A stretch of 64,000 nucleotides of DNA from a virus. The position numbers and the translations under genes were made by a program. The notes under the pieces are model-generated. The model was given only the letters and a program-made list of their open reading frames with translations. It had not been told where the DNA came from and made no database searches. Position 1 is the stretch's first letter. Each line of letters begins with the position of its first letter. The DNA is taken from positions 83,269 to 147,268 of IMG/VR virus record IMGVR_UViG_3300035698_019437. One strand, given 5' to 3'. Positions 1 through 11,204 of the stretch are shown piece after piece.

Positions 1-3000
1 TATTCTTCTATACGAGATGAATACGGAGACACGGTAACAACTGATTTTGATGTGTCTATAGAAACAGATGCATCTTATGAGTTATACGAAGATGCTGCTG
101 AAAACATATTTGTAGGTGAAACTGAGGTTAATAGTCCGGATGTAGAAGATTTATATCAGTTTATACTGTCTGATCCTATTGATGAAACGGTTAAGGCAAC
201 ATTCCAAACTGCTGACGATACTTCTTTATTCGAAAATATTAAGAGTTTAAGGATAGAACTTAAATTACAGATTTCTTTACCTAATCAAGGTGGTACAGGA
301 GAAGTTTTTGAATATAGTTCTTTGCCAGTTGTGATTGAATGGCAAAATCCGATAGAGTTTGATATTATAAATAGAGACTCTAAGCATGTTATAGAATCGT
401 GTAAAAAGACTATAAACGTTTTAGATAATCAGGTTGTAGAATCCAAAAAACAGTACGATGGTATTTATGTAGGAGCTAGCGAGCCTTATGTTGCTAAGCT
501 TTCTGCTACGTACAGAGGAAGCAGCTTAGTCGGTTATTTGACTTCTACAGTAGGGGTTTTTGATTCAACAGTAGATTTGTGTTCTGGAATATTACCAGTT
601 ACAGGAGATCAAAGTACAACTGTTAGTTTTTCTGATATAAACCAAACTTCTGAAGATGAATTTACTTTAAGGAATATAGAGCAAGAGGTTTTGAATGAAG
701 ATGGTAATCCTTCTGATGTAGATGAAGGTGTATTAATTGCAAATGTCGATATGTTTTCTCCTGATTTACCAGAAAATACGATGCTGTATGTTTCAATCAA
801 TCATGGTGGGTTTGTTGTCGTTAAAAAAATCCAAATCATTTTTGGCAATCCCCTTAAAATAGAGATATCTCCAAGAACTTTAATACCAGATGGCATAGAC
901 AGAGCAGAACAGTCTGCTTTAGTATATACCGTAGACCCAGATGACCCAGAAAATATAAACAGCAGAACTACTCCAACGGATAATACTGTTGTTAGATGGT
1001 CGTTGGATGCAAAATCAGAGCAAGCTATTCAAAGATCATTCTACTCAGAAGATTTGGTTCCTATCTATGATGGTGTGTATTCATATACTACGGATGGAGT
1101 GGCAAAGAATGTATTCTTTGGACCCGTAACTGATGTTAATACTCCTGATTACGATGATGATGGTAATCCTATATTTGAACAATATGAGATTACAGCATCT
1201 ATAATAAGTGATAATATCGTAGTTACCGATAGCTATAACTTTGATTTGGTTCCAATAGCATATCTTGGAAAACAAACGGTTTCGTCTTACTTCTTAATGG
1301 AATTCCAGAATTTCCAAGAAAAATTCTGGTCTGATGGAAGTGATTATGTTCGTATGCTTGTTACTAGCGATGCATCTTCGTCTAATACAAAATACTCTAG
1401 TTGTTTTCGTGATTGTATGAGCGAAATTGGGAAAACCATTTATGCTCTACAGCCGGGGCAAAAGGTTAGAATTGATACAGATGATCCAGATGTAGAAATT
1501 ATTTCTGGAGATGTTGTAGAACATATAGACCCCTATACGGGACAAAAATGGTTAGATACTTCTAATGCTGTTATATCTACAGGATATGGATATGTAGAAA
1601 TAGAAAAAGATGGAAGTACATATGTATACTTCAGATTGAATAAATTTTTAGATGAACAAAGAACTATAGGATTCTCTAGGATCAAGCATAATAGTTGTTC
1701 TTGCTTAGGACTTATAAGAGAGGCCAGATACTTCAAAGAAGTAGTTGTGACCGGATCAATAACATCTGTATTCGATGAAAAGGTTGTAACGCTTCGATCT
1801 GGTGGAGATTATGATGATGGCATTCCACCAACAATCATGATTCCGAAAGAACCTCTGGAATTGATTGTAGCAGACAAACGAATAGGGAATGTATCTATCG
1901 AGACATTCTTGGTTGACGGGGTAAGCGAGAATAGCTTTATCACGTATGTATCTTTTGCTGGTTTGCCTGTTCCAGATGGAACTATTATTACTCCGCAAGT
2001 TTTAAGTCTATATGATGAGCTTGTTCAAACGCAAGAAGATTCTATAAACACAAGTCTGTCAATAGACTCTGCCGTAGATTCTGTTGCAAGAAGCTATGCG
2101 GAGTTGGCTTTTGAAGCAACTCCACAAGGAAAAACCTTCTTGTCTCAGGTATATATGTCTGTTTCATATAATAGAGTCGGCAGCGTAGATAGAACGGTTA
2201 CCAGATGCGTGGAAATTTCGTTTGATGCCGAAGATGTTAAGAACAGTCCATCTGTTACTGCGATTCCAAGCATATTTAGCGATAGAATTCAAGCTTCTGA
2301 AATAGGCGTAGCACCAGCAACGTGGGTTGATTTGGCGAATATGGCTTATCCTAGAGGCCATCTGTCAGTAGAGGTTATAGGTAATAAAATATATGCCATC
2401 GGAGGCATTGATGGTAAAGAAGTTACCAATCGAGTAGAACAATATGATCCTGCTGCGGATACTTGGGCTACCATGACAACAATGCCAACGGCTAGAATGG
2501 GAGCTGTCTCTGCTGTTGAGGGTAACTACATATATGTATTTGGTGGAGTAGTATATAATCGTATAGATAATTCTCTAGAAATTTCTCAAGTTGCTGAAAG
2601 ATATGATACTACAGCAGATAGTTGGGAAACTCTAGATTCTATGCCTTCTATTATCGCTGGGACTATAGACCCAGTTACTTATGGAAACGCCTACGGCGTG
2701 GCACATAGCGACGGTAGTAGGGTCTATGTAACTTCTGGTGTAAGGTTTATTACTGAAGACGGTTTAACAATAGACCATAATGATAGGGTCTTCTATTACG
2801 ATATAGCATCTGATTCGTGGGGATATTCTGATATCATCGCGGAAACTGAGTTAGATAACTACTTAAGAATTGGGCCAGCTAGTTTTTTGGATGGAAACCA
2901 GATTGTTGTATTCGGCGGTGCATGGCAAAACAGTTCACAGCTTCTGTTTATGCTTACAGATGCATACACGTATGATATAACAAACGGAGCTTTAGCAAAA

Positions 3001-5685
3001 TCAGAACAAAGGTTTGATGTAAATGTTGTACCAAGATATTTCGTTGCTTCTGCATCATCCTCGCCAGAACATTTTGCTTTGGCTGGTATCGGTAATGATT
3101 CATTTACTCTTAGAACCTTTGAGCAGATTACAGATGGTGGACCTGGCGTAAATCCTATATACGATCTGGCAGAATATGATACGACTGTTAAAGCTAGGAA
3201 CGGAGCAGGCGCAGCTATCATATCTATTGCTGGTAGCGATTATGTAGCTTTGGTTGGTGGTATGGAGAGCGGCAAAGGTTCTGGCTTTTTAAAAATATCT
3301 TCTAACATGTATCCAGATAATATAGAGTTGAATGCTCATCAGCACGCCCAATATAGAACAACATTAACGGATGAAGCTGGCGAAGAGCCAGTGAGTAATG
3401 TCGGTGTAGCTTCTAAGGGATATGTTCAAGACAAAGACAAGTCAGGCGTTTTGCTTCCTATTCTTGAAGATGCTTTGACGAGATATCATGTATTGCTTGC
3501 AGACGATTCTGATACATCGAGTGATGGTCAAACTATATCTCAACTTGAGCCAAGATCAGACGATGTTCTTAAGAACGTTACAACCGATGGATTGGTTTTG
3601 TCTGAAGGTCAGTCACAAGAAAGATATCAGCTTATTATGCAGTCTACTATTGTTGACAGTACGTACTATGGACAAACTCTTATAAATACGGTTAAAGAAG
3701 ATTCTGTTCTTCCTGTAGTTCCAGAAGCTGTGTGTGTTTCTGTAGCTTCTAATATAACGATTGCTCACTTGGCAGAGATTGCAATTACATCTCCATATCA
3801 GTTCTTCGTTATTTCGCCACCTGCTAGACAATCTGATATATCCAACATGCCTGTTTTGGCAGGTATCGCATGGTCTCCTTTTGTTGAGGACGTTACAAAT
3901 GGGGTTCCTGTTGATGGCGAATCCGCTATAACGTTGATTGACAATTTGCCAGAATTTTTAGATATTGGTAGTTCTCCATGGTTTGACGCCCTATATGATA
4001 TGTCGGTGTTGTTCTCAGGCGTCTCGTATGATGGAGAAAATAAAGTTATTTATTCATACGTTGATAATGAACCCAACTCTTCTATCAAGACTATAGACGA
4101 GGCGATAGAAGAAGTGAATACTATAAACGGGTTCAAAGAGGTTCCTGTTGTTGTCGGTAATTTCAACGTTGATCTTCCATCTGTTGTAGATATATTGAGA
4201 GATCGCGGAGAGTACGGAGAAGTTGATCAGGTTGCTTCTGGTACAGGTGGTCAAAACATTAGTATAGTAGATGAGAATTTTGTAGACGATGTTGCTTATA
4301 TTATGGCAGGTATAGCCAAAGGTTCTATGGGTAATGGATTAGCTGAATTTATTATTGATGTGGGCGAAGTGGTTTTTATCAACTCTGCAACTGTATTTTT
4401 TAGATTGTATACGAATACTAACGGCAGATGGAAAATGTCGGTTAGTGACGACAATTATCAGTATACTGATTGGACTATAAAATTTAAAGCTAATGACCAA
4501 GCAGATTTCGATGGTCTTTCTGGTAGATATATTAAATTCAGCACGGAACTGATAAGTGGTTTAAGCGAAGGAAATACTCCTGAGTATGAGATTATTCCTC
4601 TTCCAGCTTCTCCTGCCGTAACTGAAATTGAAATAGGATACATCAAAAGTCGTTCTGACTATATATACTTTGATGCAGATAATGTGAGTGATGAAGTTCA
4701 ACAAGTGGTTGTAGCGGTTAATCCAAGCGTAAATCTAGATAGTCCAAATACAGAAGTAAACATGGGTATAACAACTTGGAATTATTCTCATAACTGGCTA
4801 GATTTTGATAGCAGTTCTAAACCTGCTCAGGAGCAAGCTGGTAGAGTTGTTATTCCTATTAGAGAAGGGACAGTCCAGTCAAATAGAGTAGAGCCTCTTA
4901 TAAGTGTAGATGAATTTATTTTCAATGCGACTTACGGAAGCTGGGACTCAGGTTCTTCGGTTACTGTTTATGATGGAGATAACAACATTATATCGTCTTC
5001 GGATTACATTGTGTATCCTAGAGACGGATATATAGTCTTCGATACTAAACAAGATAGCAATCTTGTTATAAGAATAGATAATCCTAATGTCATTAAAGCC
5101 GGGGTAGAGGTTAAAAACGCATCAACGGATACTAGTATTAATCTCTATGGCTTTGGATATATGTATTCTTTAGAAGACCCCAACAGTAATCCTTTGAGTC
5201 CATTCCCAGAGAGTAGTTCTAGTTCTTCATCATCGACTACTCCTTGTTCAGACGAACCATGTACTGATTGCAATGGGACACAGATTGGTCGTCGTGCGTC
5301 GGTTGCTGTAGATGCTGTTGCAGGTAATGTATGTTACGATAGAATAAATGGAGAATACACGTTTGATAGTTATCTTAAATTAGAGTCATCTTGCACTTGG
5401 TGGTATAGAAATCCGAACGATAGCGATGTAGCATTGACCATAGTATATTGTGAAAATGAGCAAGAATGGTATTCTCAGATATATGATGACGATGCAGATG
5501 TTGCTTTATTCGGAGGCAGTCCAGATGAATGTCCGTGCTTAGATATGGTTAATGACAGATTAGATGAAGTCACTGGACTTATATGTTGTCGCGGAGACGT
5601 TGTAAGCGGTCAATATGAATTAGGCGGGTTGAGCACTTGTGCAGGACGAACGGTATCCATAACTGTAGGGCTAGACCCTCTATAA
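1..5685 (+). CDS. Giant acidic multidomain protein, 5'-truncated by window; Kelch repeats, vWA-like segment, poly-Ser linker, Cys-rich C-terminus; probable virion structural/adhesion protein
   Basis: Frame is open from base 1 (YSSIRDEYGDTVTTDFDVSIET), so the GTG at 52 is not the true start. Kelch motifs (PRGHLSVEVIGNKIYAIGG, ARMGAVSAVEGNYIYVFGG) at ~2340-3270; vWA-like SPWFDAL...DNEPNSS...ASGTGGQ at ~3965-4255; Ser8 at ~5212-5236; many Cys after it. Confidence 0.6.
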   Translation, partial: YSSIRDEYGDTVTTDFDVSIETDASYELYEDAAENIFVGETEVNSPDVEDLYQFILSDPIDETVKATFQTADDTSLFENIKSLRIELKLQISLPNQGGTGEVFEYSSLPVVIEWQNPIEFDIINRDSKHVIESCKKTINVLDNQVVESKKQYDGIYVGASEPYVAKLSATYRGSSLVGYLTSTVGVFDSTVDLCSGILPVTGDQSTTVSFSDINQTSEDEFTLRNIEQEVLNEDGNPSDVDEGVLIANVDMFSPDLPENTMLYVSINHGGFVVVKKIQIIFGNPLKIEISPRTLIPDGIDRAEQSALVYTVDPDDPENINSRTTPTDNTVVRWSLDAKSEQAIQRSFYSEDLVPIYDGVYSYTTDGVAKNVFFGPVTDVNTPDYDDDGNPIFEQYEITASIISDNIVVTDSYNFDLVPIAYLGKQTVSSYFLMEFQNFQEKFWSDGSDYVRMLVTSDASSSNTKYSSCFRDCMSEIGKTIYALQPGQKVRIDTDDPDVEIISGDVVEHIDPYTGQKWLDTSNAVISTGYGYVEIEKDGSTYVYFRLNKFLDEQRTIGFSRIKHNSCSCLGLIREARYFKEVVVTGSITSVFDEKVVTLRSGGDYDDGIPPTIMIPKEPLELIVADKRIGNVSIETFLVDGVSENSFITYVSFAGLPVPDGTIITPQVLSLYDELVQTQEDSINTSLSIDSAVDSVARSYAELAFEATPQGKTFLSQVYMSVSYNRVGSVDRTVTRCVEISFDAEDVKNSPSVTAIPSIFSDRIQASEIGVAPATWVDLANMAYPRGHLSVEVIGNKIYAIGGIDGKEVTNRVEQYDPAADTWATMTTMPTARMGAVSAVEGNYIYVFGGVVYNRIDNSLEISQVAERYDTTADSWETLDSMPSIIAGTIDPVTYGNAYGVAHSDGSRVYVTSGVRFITEDGLTIDHNDRVFYYDIASDSWGYSDIIAETELDNYLRIGPASFLDGNQIVVFGGAWQNSSQLLFMLTDAYTYDITNGALAKSEQRFDVNVVPRYFVASASSSPEHFALAGIGNDSFTLRTFEQITDGGPGVNPIYDLAEYDTTVKARNGAGAAIISIAGSDYVALVGGMESGKGSGFLKISSNMYPDNIELNAHQHAQYRTTLTDEAGEEPVSNVGVASKGYVQDKDKSGVLLPILEDALTRYHVLLADDSDTSSDGQTISQLEPRSDDVLKNVTTDGLVLSEGQSQERYQLIMQSTIVDSTYYGQTLINTVKEDSVLPVVPEAVCVSVASNITIAHLAEIAITSPYQFFVISPPARQSDISNMPVLAGIAWSPFVEDVTNGVPVDGESAITLIDNLPEFLDIGSSPWFDALYDMSVLFSGVSYDGENKVIYSYVDNEPNSSIKTIDEAIEEVNTINGFKEVPVVVGNFNVDLPSVVDILRDRGEYGEVDQVASGTGGQNISIVDENFVDDVAYIMAGIAKGSMGNGLAEFIIDVGEVVFINSATVFFRLYTNTNGRWKMSVSDDNYQYTDWTIKFKANDQADFDGLSGRYIKFSTELISGLSEGNTPEYEIIPLPASPAVTEIEIGYIKSRSDYIYFDADNVSDEVQQVVVAVNPSVNLDSPNTEVNMGITTWNYSHNWLDFDSSSKPAQEQAGRVVIPIREGTVQSNRVEPLISVDEFIFNATYGSWDSGSSVTVYDGDNNIISSSDYIVYPRDGYIVFDTKQDSNLVIRIDNPNVIKAGVEVKNASTDTSINLYGFGYMYSLEDPNSNPLSPFPESSSSSSSSTTPCSDEPCTDCNGTQIGRRASVAVDAVAGNVCYDRINGEYTFDSYLKLESSCTWWYRNPNDSDVALTIVYCENEQEWYSQIYDDDADVALFGGSPDECPCLDMVNDRLDEVTGLICCRGDVVSGQYELGGLSTCAGRTVSITVGLDPL

Positions 5686-5716
5686 GCCAATGGGATATGA
5701 TTGTGTCTAATAGTTA

Positions 5717-6508
5717 ATGTACATTATAAATATGAAGCAGTATTATGAGATTATAGTAAATCCTAAGCAGGATGCATATCTTAACATAGTTGTTTTGTGT
5801 CATAACAACGTCAAAGTTACGCAAGATTTTTTGCGCCTTCTGTATAGGAATACCCCATCGGATGCATTCAATCTTATGATGATAGATAATGATTCTTCTG
5901 ATTCAACTCCAACATTTTTGTCTGAATACTTGAAAGAAAAAGACAATGCTACTTTAGTACTTTCTAAAGAAAATTTAGGTGTTGCAGGTGGCAGAACGTT
6001 AGGATGTAACCTGTGTATGAAACAGAGGATACAACCAGAGTTTGTTATGTTTATAGACAACGATCAATTCGTATTAGAGGGTTGGCTAGAACAACACATT
6101 GGAGTTATGGGGAGAGGTTACGATCTGGTAAGCGTAGAAGCATGGCAAATGGATAATAAGTTTTTCCCAATCAAGAAAAATACGCATTTATCTGAACATT
6201 TCGCTTATGTGGGAGGGGGAGGCATGATAATACGTAGGAATGTGATTGAGTCTCTTGGTATGTTTGATGAACAATTTTATCCAGCATACTATGAAGACCC
6301 TGATTACTGTTTTAGAGCATATGACGCTGGATTCAAAATAGGATGGAATATAAAGTCAAAAATAGTGCATATGGCTCACCAGACTCTTGGAGCTAATCAG
6401 CAGGAAAAACAAAAAGTCTTTCTTCGCAGTTGGAAAAAATTTAGGGACAAGTGGAAGAACAGAAAGCTTCCTACTATAAGGCAGATAGATTTGCCGGAAT
6501 TTAAATGA
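5717..6508 (+). CDS. Glycosyltransferase family 2
   Basis: IVVLCHN, IDNDSSDST, ENLGVAGG, FIDND, FDEQFYPAYYEDPDYCFRA GT2 motifs. Confidence 0.9.
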   Translation: MYIINMKQYYEIIVNPKQDAYLNIVVLCHNNVKVTQDFLRLLYRNTPSDAFNLMMIDNDSSDSTPTFLSEYLKEKDNATLVLSKENLGVAGGRTLGCNLCMKQRIQPEFVMFIDNDQFVLEGWLEQHIGVMGRGYDLVSVEAWQMDNKFFPIKKNTHLSEHFAYVGGGGMIIRRNVIESLGMFDEQFYPAYYEDPDYCFRAYDAGFKIGWNIKSKIVHMAHQTLGANQQEKQKVFLRSWKKFRDKWKNRKLPTIRQIDLPEFK

Positions 6509-7650
6509 CAGATAAATTTAAACTTGTTATAGCAGCTAATCACAGTTTTCCTCATGTAGGAGGTACTGAGGTAGTCATCCAAAACATTGCTGAAAGTTTT
6601 GTCAACGACTTTGATTGTGAATGTACCATAATAAGTAGAGTATTAATAGAGAAAAAGATTTCTCAAAATGGTGTAGAAATAGTGAAATGCGGTATAGATG
6701 CTAATGCATTTAGGGATCAACTTGTTTCCATCTCACCAGACCACGTTTTTATATATAGCGATTGCTTTAGATATTGGCCGGATATTTTGAATAGTAATAA
6801 GTTTACAGATTCGAAATACAGCATCGCTCTAGTGGGTATGAATAATATGTTGTCAGGGAATAAGAGTTTATTTTATAAATTCAAAAGGAAATACAATCAA
6901 TATAATGTGATTACACATTCAGACAACTATCAAGATTACATGTATTGTCAAGATGCGGATATACCCGTTCATGTTATACCAAATGGAGTTTCTATCAAAG
7001 AGTTTGACGTAGACTCTTCTGACTTTCGTAAAAAACACAAAATAGATACTGAGAAAATTGTTCTTTGTGTATCTAACTTCTTTCCCGGTAAGGGTCAGGA
7101 ATATCTGTTACCGATACTTGACAAACTATATCAACAACGACAGGATTTTACTGCTGTATTTATATGCAGCACCGTCAATTTTTATGTAGCGAATAATATT
7201 AGAAACAAATTTAGACAGATGTTAAAGCGTGCTAAATTCCCTTCTAAAGTAATATCTGATGTAGCTAGGAAAGAAGTATTAGAGGCTTACAAAGAGGCAG
7301 ATGTTTTTGTTTTCCCATCGCAAAAAGAAGTAGCTCCAATAGTGATACTGGAAGCTATGGCTTCTGGGACTCCTTGGGTAGCGATGCCAGTAGGTAATAT
7401 TGGACAGCTTAAAGGAGGTAAGCAAGTTCCGTACCGTTCTAAGGATGCAGAGGGATTTGCTACCTACAATGCAGAGTCAAATGATTATTTTGTGAAATAC
7501 CTATATGACATATTATCCGATGATCATCTGAGAAAACAACTTGGAGACGAAGGTAGGAAAGAAATAGAAGAAAAATATTTATGGGAAAAAATTGTTCCTA
7601 TATATCATGAATTATTCACTTTAGGCACTAAATATGAAGCCACTAGTTAG
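6505..7650 (+). CDS. Glycosyltransferase family 4 (GT-B)
   Basis: FPHVGGTE, VIPNGV, KGQEYLL, ADVFVFPSQKEVAPIVILEAMASGTP. Confidence 0.92.
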   Translation: MTDKFKLVIAANHSFPHVGGTEVVIQNIAESFVNDFDCECTIISRVLIEKKISQNGVEIVKCGIDANAFRDQLVSISPDHVFIYSDCFRYWPDILNSNKFTDSKYSIALVGMNNMLSGNKSLFYKFKRKYNQYNVITHSDNYQDYMYCQDADIPVHVIPNGVSIKEFDVDSSDFRKKHKIDTEKIVLCVSNFFPGKGQEYLLPILDKLYQQRQDFTAVFICSTVNFYVANNIRNKFRQMLKRAKFPSKVISDVARKEVLEAYKEADVFVFPSQKEVAPIVILEAMASGTPWVAMPVGNIGQLKGGKQVPYRSKDAEGFATYNAESNDYFVKYLYDILSDDHLRKQLGDEGRKEIEEKYLWEKIVPIYHELFTLGTKYEATS

Positions 7651-8380
7651 CGTTATAACAACTTTATACAATTGCGAGAAGTATGTTCGTGAATCTCTGG
7701 AATCAATTGTAGAACAAGATTTCAAAGATTTTGAATTTATCATAATTAATGATGGTTCTACTGACGCTACTTGGGATATTGTAGAATCCATAAAAGATGA
7801 TAGAATAAAGCTTTACGACTATAAAGACAATAAAAGAATTCCTACTAGAAGGAATCAAGCTATAGATTTTGCGAAAGGCAAATACGTCGCTATCCACGAT
7901 GGTGATGATATAAGTATAAGAGGTCGATTGACTGCTCAAGTAGAAAGTCATGAGAGTTACGATAATTTGTTTTGCTTGGGTGCTCATGCCGCTAAAATCA
8001 ACGTTGAGGGAGAAACCACTGGGTTTATGACATACCCTCCAGTCAATCATGATAATATTGTGAGATCGTTTTTACGTAGTATGAATCCCATGATAGACCC
8101 GACTACAATGTTTAAGAGAGAGGACTTTCTAGAACTTGGGGGCTATACATTGGACAAGAGTATTTATACGGTGCCAGATTTGCATCTGTGGACAAGAGCA
8201 GCATTGAAGGGATTGAGATTTCATAATATCCCTATATCGCTGATAAAATATAGGATCAACCCAAATGGTGTTACTAGGAGTCATGCCAAGGAAATGCAAT
8301 CAGCACATAGCAGGGTACTGAGAGGGTATTTCGAACAGTTTATTAAGCAAAATAAGATAAGAAATGCGAGGAAACGCTGA
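7634..8380 (+). CDS. Glycosyltransferase family 2
   Basis: PLVSVITTLYN, IINDGSTD, RNQAIDFAKGKYVAIHDGDD. Confidence 0.92.
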   Translation: MKPLVSVITTLYNCEKYVRESLESIVEQDFKDFEFIIINDGSTDATWDIVESIKDDRIKLYDYKDNKRIPTRRNQAIDFAKGKYVAIHDGDDISIRGRLTAQVESHESYDNLFCLGAHAAKINVEGETTGFMTYPPVNHDNIVRSFLRSMNPMIDPTTMFKREDFLELGGYTLDKSIYTVPDLHLWTRAALKGLRFHNIPISLIKYRINPNGVTRSHAKEMQSAHSRVLRGYFEQFIKQNKIRNARKR

Positions 8381-9573
8381 TGAGTAAACATAACAAGGCT
8401 TGGACTGATAAAGAAACAGAAATCTTGTACGTACTAAGAGAAGAAGGAATTCCTTACAAAATTATTTCAACGGAATTGAAGAGAAGTGTAAAATCGTGCG
8501 AAAGAAAGTATAATAGTACTAATTGGTCTTTAACTGATCTATATGATCCTGTAAAAGGCAGAGTAAAACAATCTTTGAGACGAGCTTATTCAGAGCATCT
8601 TACTAGGAATCAGGATAAGAGACAGAATACTCGTCATATGGTAGGCGATCTTATTTCAGATAGGATAGAACGATGTGTTGAGGCTTTGCCGAAAGTTCCC
8701 AAGCCTACTTATAGAAAATCGAAGTCTAGGAAAAAGGTTGTTCATTCAGATGAAGATGTGGGACTTATTATGAGTGATGCTCATGTAGGTCACCATCATA
8801 CGTTTGAAGAGACTGGCGGTATATCTGAATACAACACAGATGTATTCAAAAAACGTATTAATAATTTAATGTATGCAGTCAAAGATATTAAAGAGTTGCA
8901 TTCTAGATTGTATAATTTACCAACGTTGCATATATTCGCATTAGGAGATATGGTTGCTGGTATGAATCATGTAGGAGCATGGTCTCCAACGTATATCAAT
9001 TTACCGATCTATGATCAAGTTATTATGGGAGTGGATGCAATCGCTGGTGCGATAAACTATTGGCTTGGTCTGTTTGGAGAGATAAAGTTTTATGGTGTTG
9101 TAGGTAATCATGGTCGTGCCGCACCTGTTGGCAGTGAAAAAGAATACGTTAACTGGGATTTGATTTGTTACAAATTCTTGGAAGCTCGTTTTAAAGATAA
9201 TCAAAGAGTAACGTTCAATAATACTTTGACTTGGTGGATTATGGAACGTATTAGAAATCATAATTTTCTCATGGTTCATGGAGATACCATTAGAGGCTCT
9301 AATCCCTTGAGAAAACTGGTTGATTTGGAAGAAAAAATGACAGGTATTTTAAAAGAGATGCCAGATTATACGCTTGCTGCTCATTTCCATAATCCTGCTG
9401 AGATGACAACTAATCATGGTAGGGTTATTATTAATGGGTCTTTCATAGGTAGCGATATATATAGTTTGAAAGACTTGAAACGAAGTTCTCCACCAGAGCA
9501 GAAGGTTTTCGGTATTCATGATAAAAGAGGTATTACATGGACTTATAACTTGAATCTCAATATTGACAGGTAA
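8380..9573 (+). CDS. Myb/SANT-like HTH fused to calcineurin-like metallophosphoesterase
   Basis: N-terminal WTDKETEILYVLREEG...IISTELKRSVKSCERKY; MPP motifs SDAHVG, GDMV, GNHG, HGD, AHFH. Confidence 0.8.
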   Translation: MSKHNKAWTDKETEILYVLREEGIPYKIISTELKRSVKSCERKYNSTNWSLTDLYDPVKGRVKQSLRRAYSEHLTRNQDKRQNTRHMVGDLISDRIERCVEALPKVPKPTYRKSKSRKKVVHSDEDVGLIMSDAHVGHHHTFEETGGISEYNTDVFKKRINNLMYAVKDIKELHSRLYNLPTLHIFALGDMVAGMNHVGAWSPTYINLPIYDQVIMGVDAIAGAINYWLGLFGEIKFYGVVGNHGRAAPVGSEKEYVNWDLICYKFLEARFKDNQRVTFNNTLTWWIMERIRNHNFLMVHGDTIRGSNPLRKLVDLEEKMTGILKEMPDYTLAAHFHNPAEMTTNHGRVIINGSFIGSDIYSLKDLKRSSPPEQKVFGIHDKRGITWTYNLNLNIDR

Positions 9574-9610
9574 TAACAAGGATTAAAAAGTCTAATGAAG
9601 TATATGTATA

Positions 9611-10135
9611 ATGGATGGGAATTATAATAAAATGCTAGATTTACCAGTATGGTTAAAACTTGTGGTGCCTACTTTAAATTGTCCTCATTGCGATGCGGCA
9701 TTGAGGAAGGAGAATATTTTATCTATAGGCATAAGAATAAGTGCAACTTCAGAAGACAAAAGCGTGTTGTTTTTTGAATATCAGTGTGATTCCTGTAAAA
9801 ACAGGTCCATTCTAGAACTCAGCGAAATGACGGTTGAACAATTTGCGAAATCGATGCAAGATATGAAATCTGAGTATCTTCCTAAGCATATTGATGATGA
9901 AGAAGAAGTTGAAGATGAATCTCGTAGACCTAGACGTGTGTATATAAATAGAAATGCTAAAAAGCGCAAGCCTAAAAAATCTAAGATAACTAATAAAGAA
10001 GTTAAAGAGGCTGTTAAGTGGATAGAGGGATGTAAAGATTCTCAAGAATTTTTGTTAGGAATAGGATTGTCCAAAGAACAGATAGAAGCTATACTCACGA
10101 CAAAAGACAAGGACGAAAAGAAAAATAATGAATAA
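9611..10135 (+). CDS. Hypothetical protein with zinc ribbon
   Basis: CPHC...CDSC pairs; overlaps next gene. Confidence 0.6.
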   Translation: MDGNYNKMLDLPVWLKLVVPTLNCPHCDAALRKENILSIGIRISATSEDKSVLFFEYQCDSCKNRSILELSEMTVEQFAKSMQDMKSEYLPKHIDDEEEVEDESRRPRRVYINRNAKKRKPKKSKITNKEVKEAVKWIEGCKDSQEFLLGIGLSKEQIEAILTTKDKDEKKNNE

Positions 10136-11204
10136 AGTTACAGACTACCAATTTGTTTATGCAATTATTAAAGCGGCATGCAAAGCGGTATGTTGTGACT
10201 TTGTTGACGTACCTGTTGTTATAGATGAATTCAATGATTTTGTAGGTATAAAAGATGGAAGTATATATGTAGGACATCCAACTAATTTGTCAGAGATGAT
10301 GGCTAATATTATTTTGATATATATGGGTTCTTTTGAAGAGATAACTGGGAAATCCCTATTTTGCAACAGAGATCAGGAAGATAACACACTTTTACTTATA
10401 GCTAATTTTATTAGGAAGTTATCAAATGTAGAAGATGTACTACCAGAATCTATATCATTAGACCCGGTAGTACAGAGATTATATCAATATAAGCTATCTT
10501 GGTTGTTAATGAAAGATTTGGTGTGTCCAGCTTTTTCAGTCCCGATAATAAATCATCGAGTTATAAGCTATCATTCTCCTCGTTTCGATATTGCAGGTGC
10601 TTTTGAAGAAAATAAAGATGACGATGTAGAATTGACAGCTTTTGTAAATACAGATGTTGAGTATAAACCATGTTTAGAAGCAGCCTTGTTTATTGCAAGT
10701 TTAAAGTGTCATGAACTAGACATAACAAGAACAGTACAACAGATTGTAGAATCTGGACTTAGAGATCAGCTTCAAGGTCTAGTTAAGTTGGCTTTTAAAA
10801 AAGATGAAGAAGTAGATGATTTCATGGGATTTCTTCTTACATTTTCTGGTATTGGCAATAAGATGGAATCAATTATTGGTAAAGTTCCTGATGTATTATC
10901 TTCTGGTGAAACGAATGAGATGTATAAAGAGTCTCAGAACACAAGAGATTTTACCAGTAGTTCTTGGTGGTATTTTGGATTGATTGAGAAAATGCTTGAA
11001 GAAGTGAGAGGTTCGGATTGGACTACTTACAAAAGTCTGACTCCTTATCTCAAAGAACACTGGGATAAAATTCATGCTGCAAGAAAAGCTAAAGGTCGAG
11101 ACGGCTTAAGCTATGAAGCATTATTGAGAGTTAAGTATAAAGATAACGAAGATGAAAAACCTAGAATTATGGAAAGTCTTCTAGGTGCTAATAGAGTATG
11201 GTAA
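10128..11204 (+). CDS. Hypothetical protein
   Basis: 358-aa ORF in co-oriented array; no motif recognised. Confidence 0.6.
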   Translation: MNKVTDYQFVYAIIKAACKAVCCDFVDVPVVIDEFNDFVGIKDGSIYVGHPTNLSEMMANIILIYMGSFEEITGKSLFCNRDQEDNTLLLIANFIRKLSNVEDVLPESISLDPVVQRLYQYKLSWLLMKDLVCPAFSVPIINHRVISYHSPRFDIAGAFEENKDDDVELTAFVNTDVEYKPCLEAALFIASLKCHELDITRTVQQIVESGLRDQLQGLVKLAFKKDEEVDDFMGFLLTFSGIGNKMESIIGKVPDVLSSGETNEMYKESQNTRDFTSSSWWYFGLIEKMLEEVRGSDWTTYKSLTPYLKEHWDKIHAARKAKGRDGLSYEALLRVKYKDNEDEKPRIMESLLGANRVW

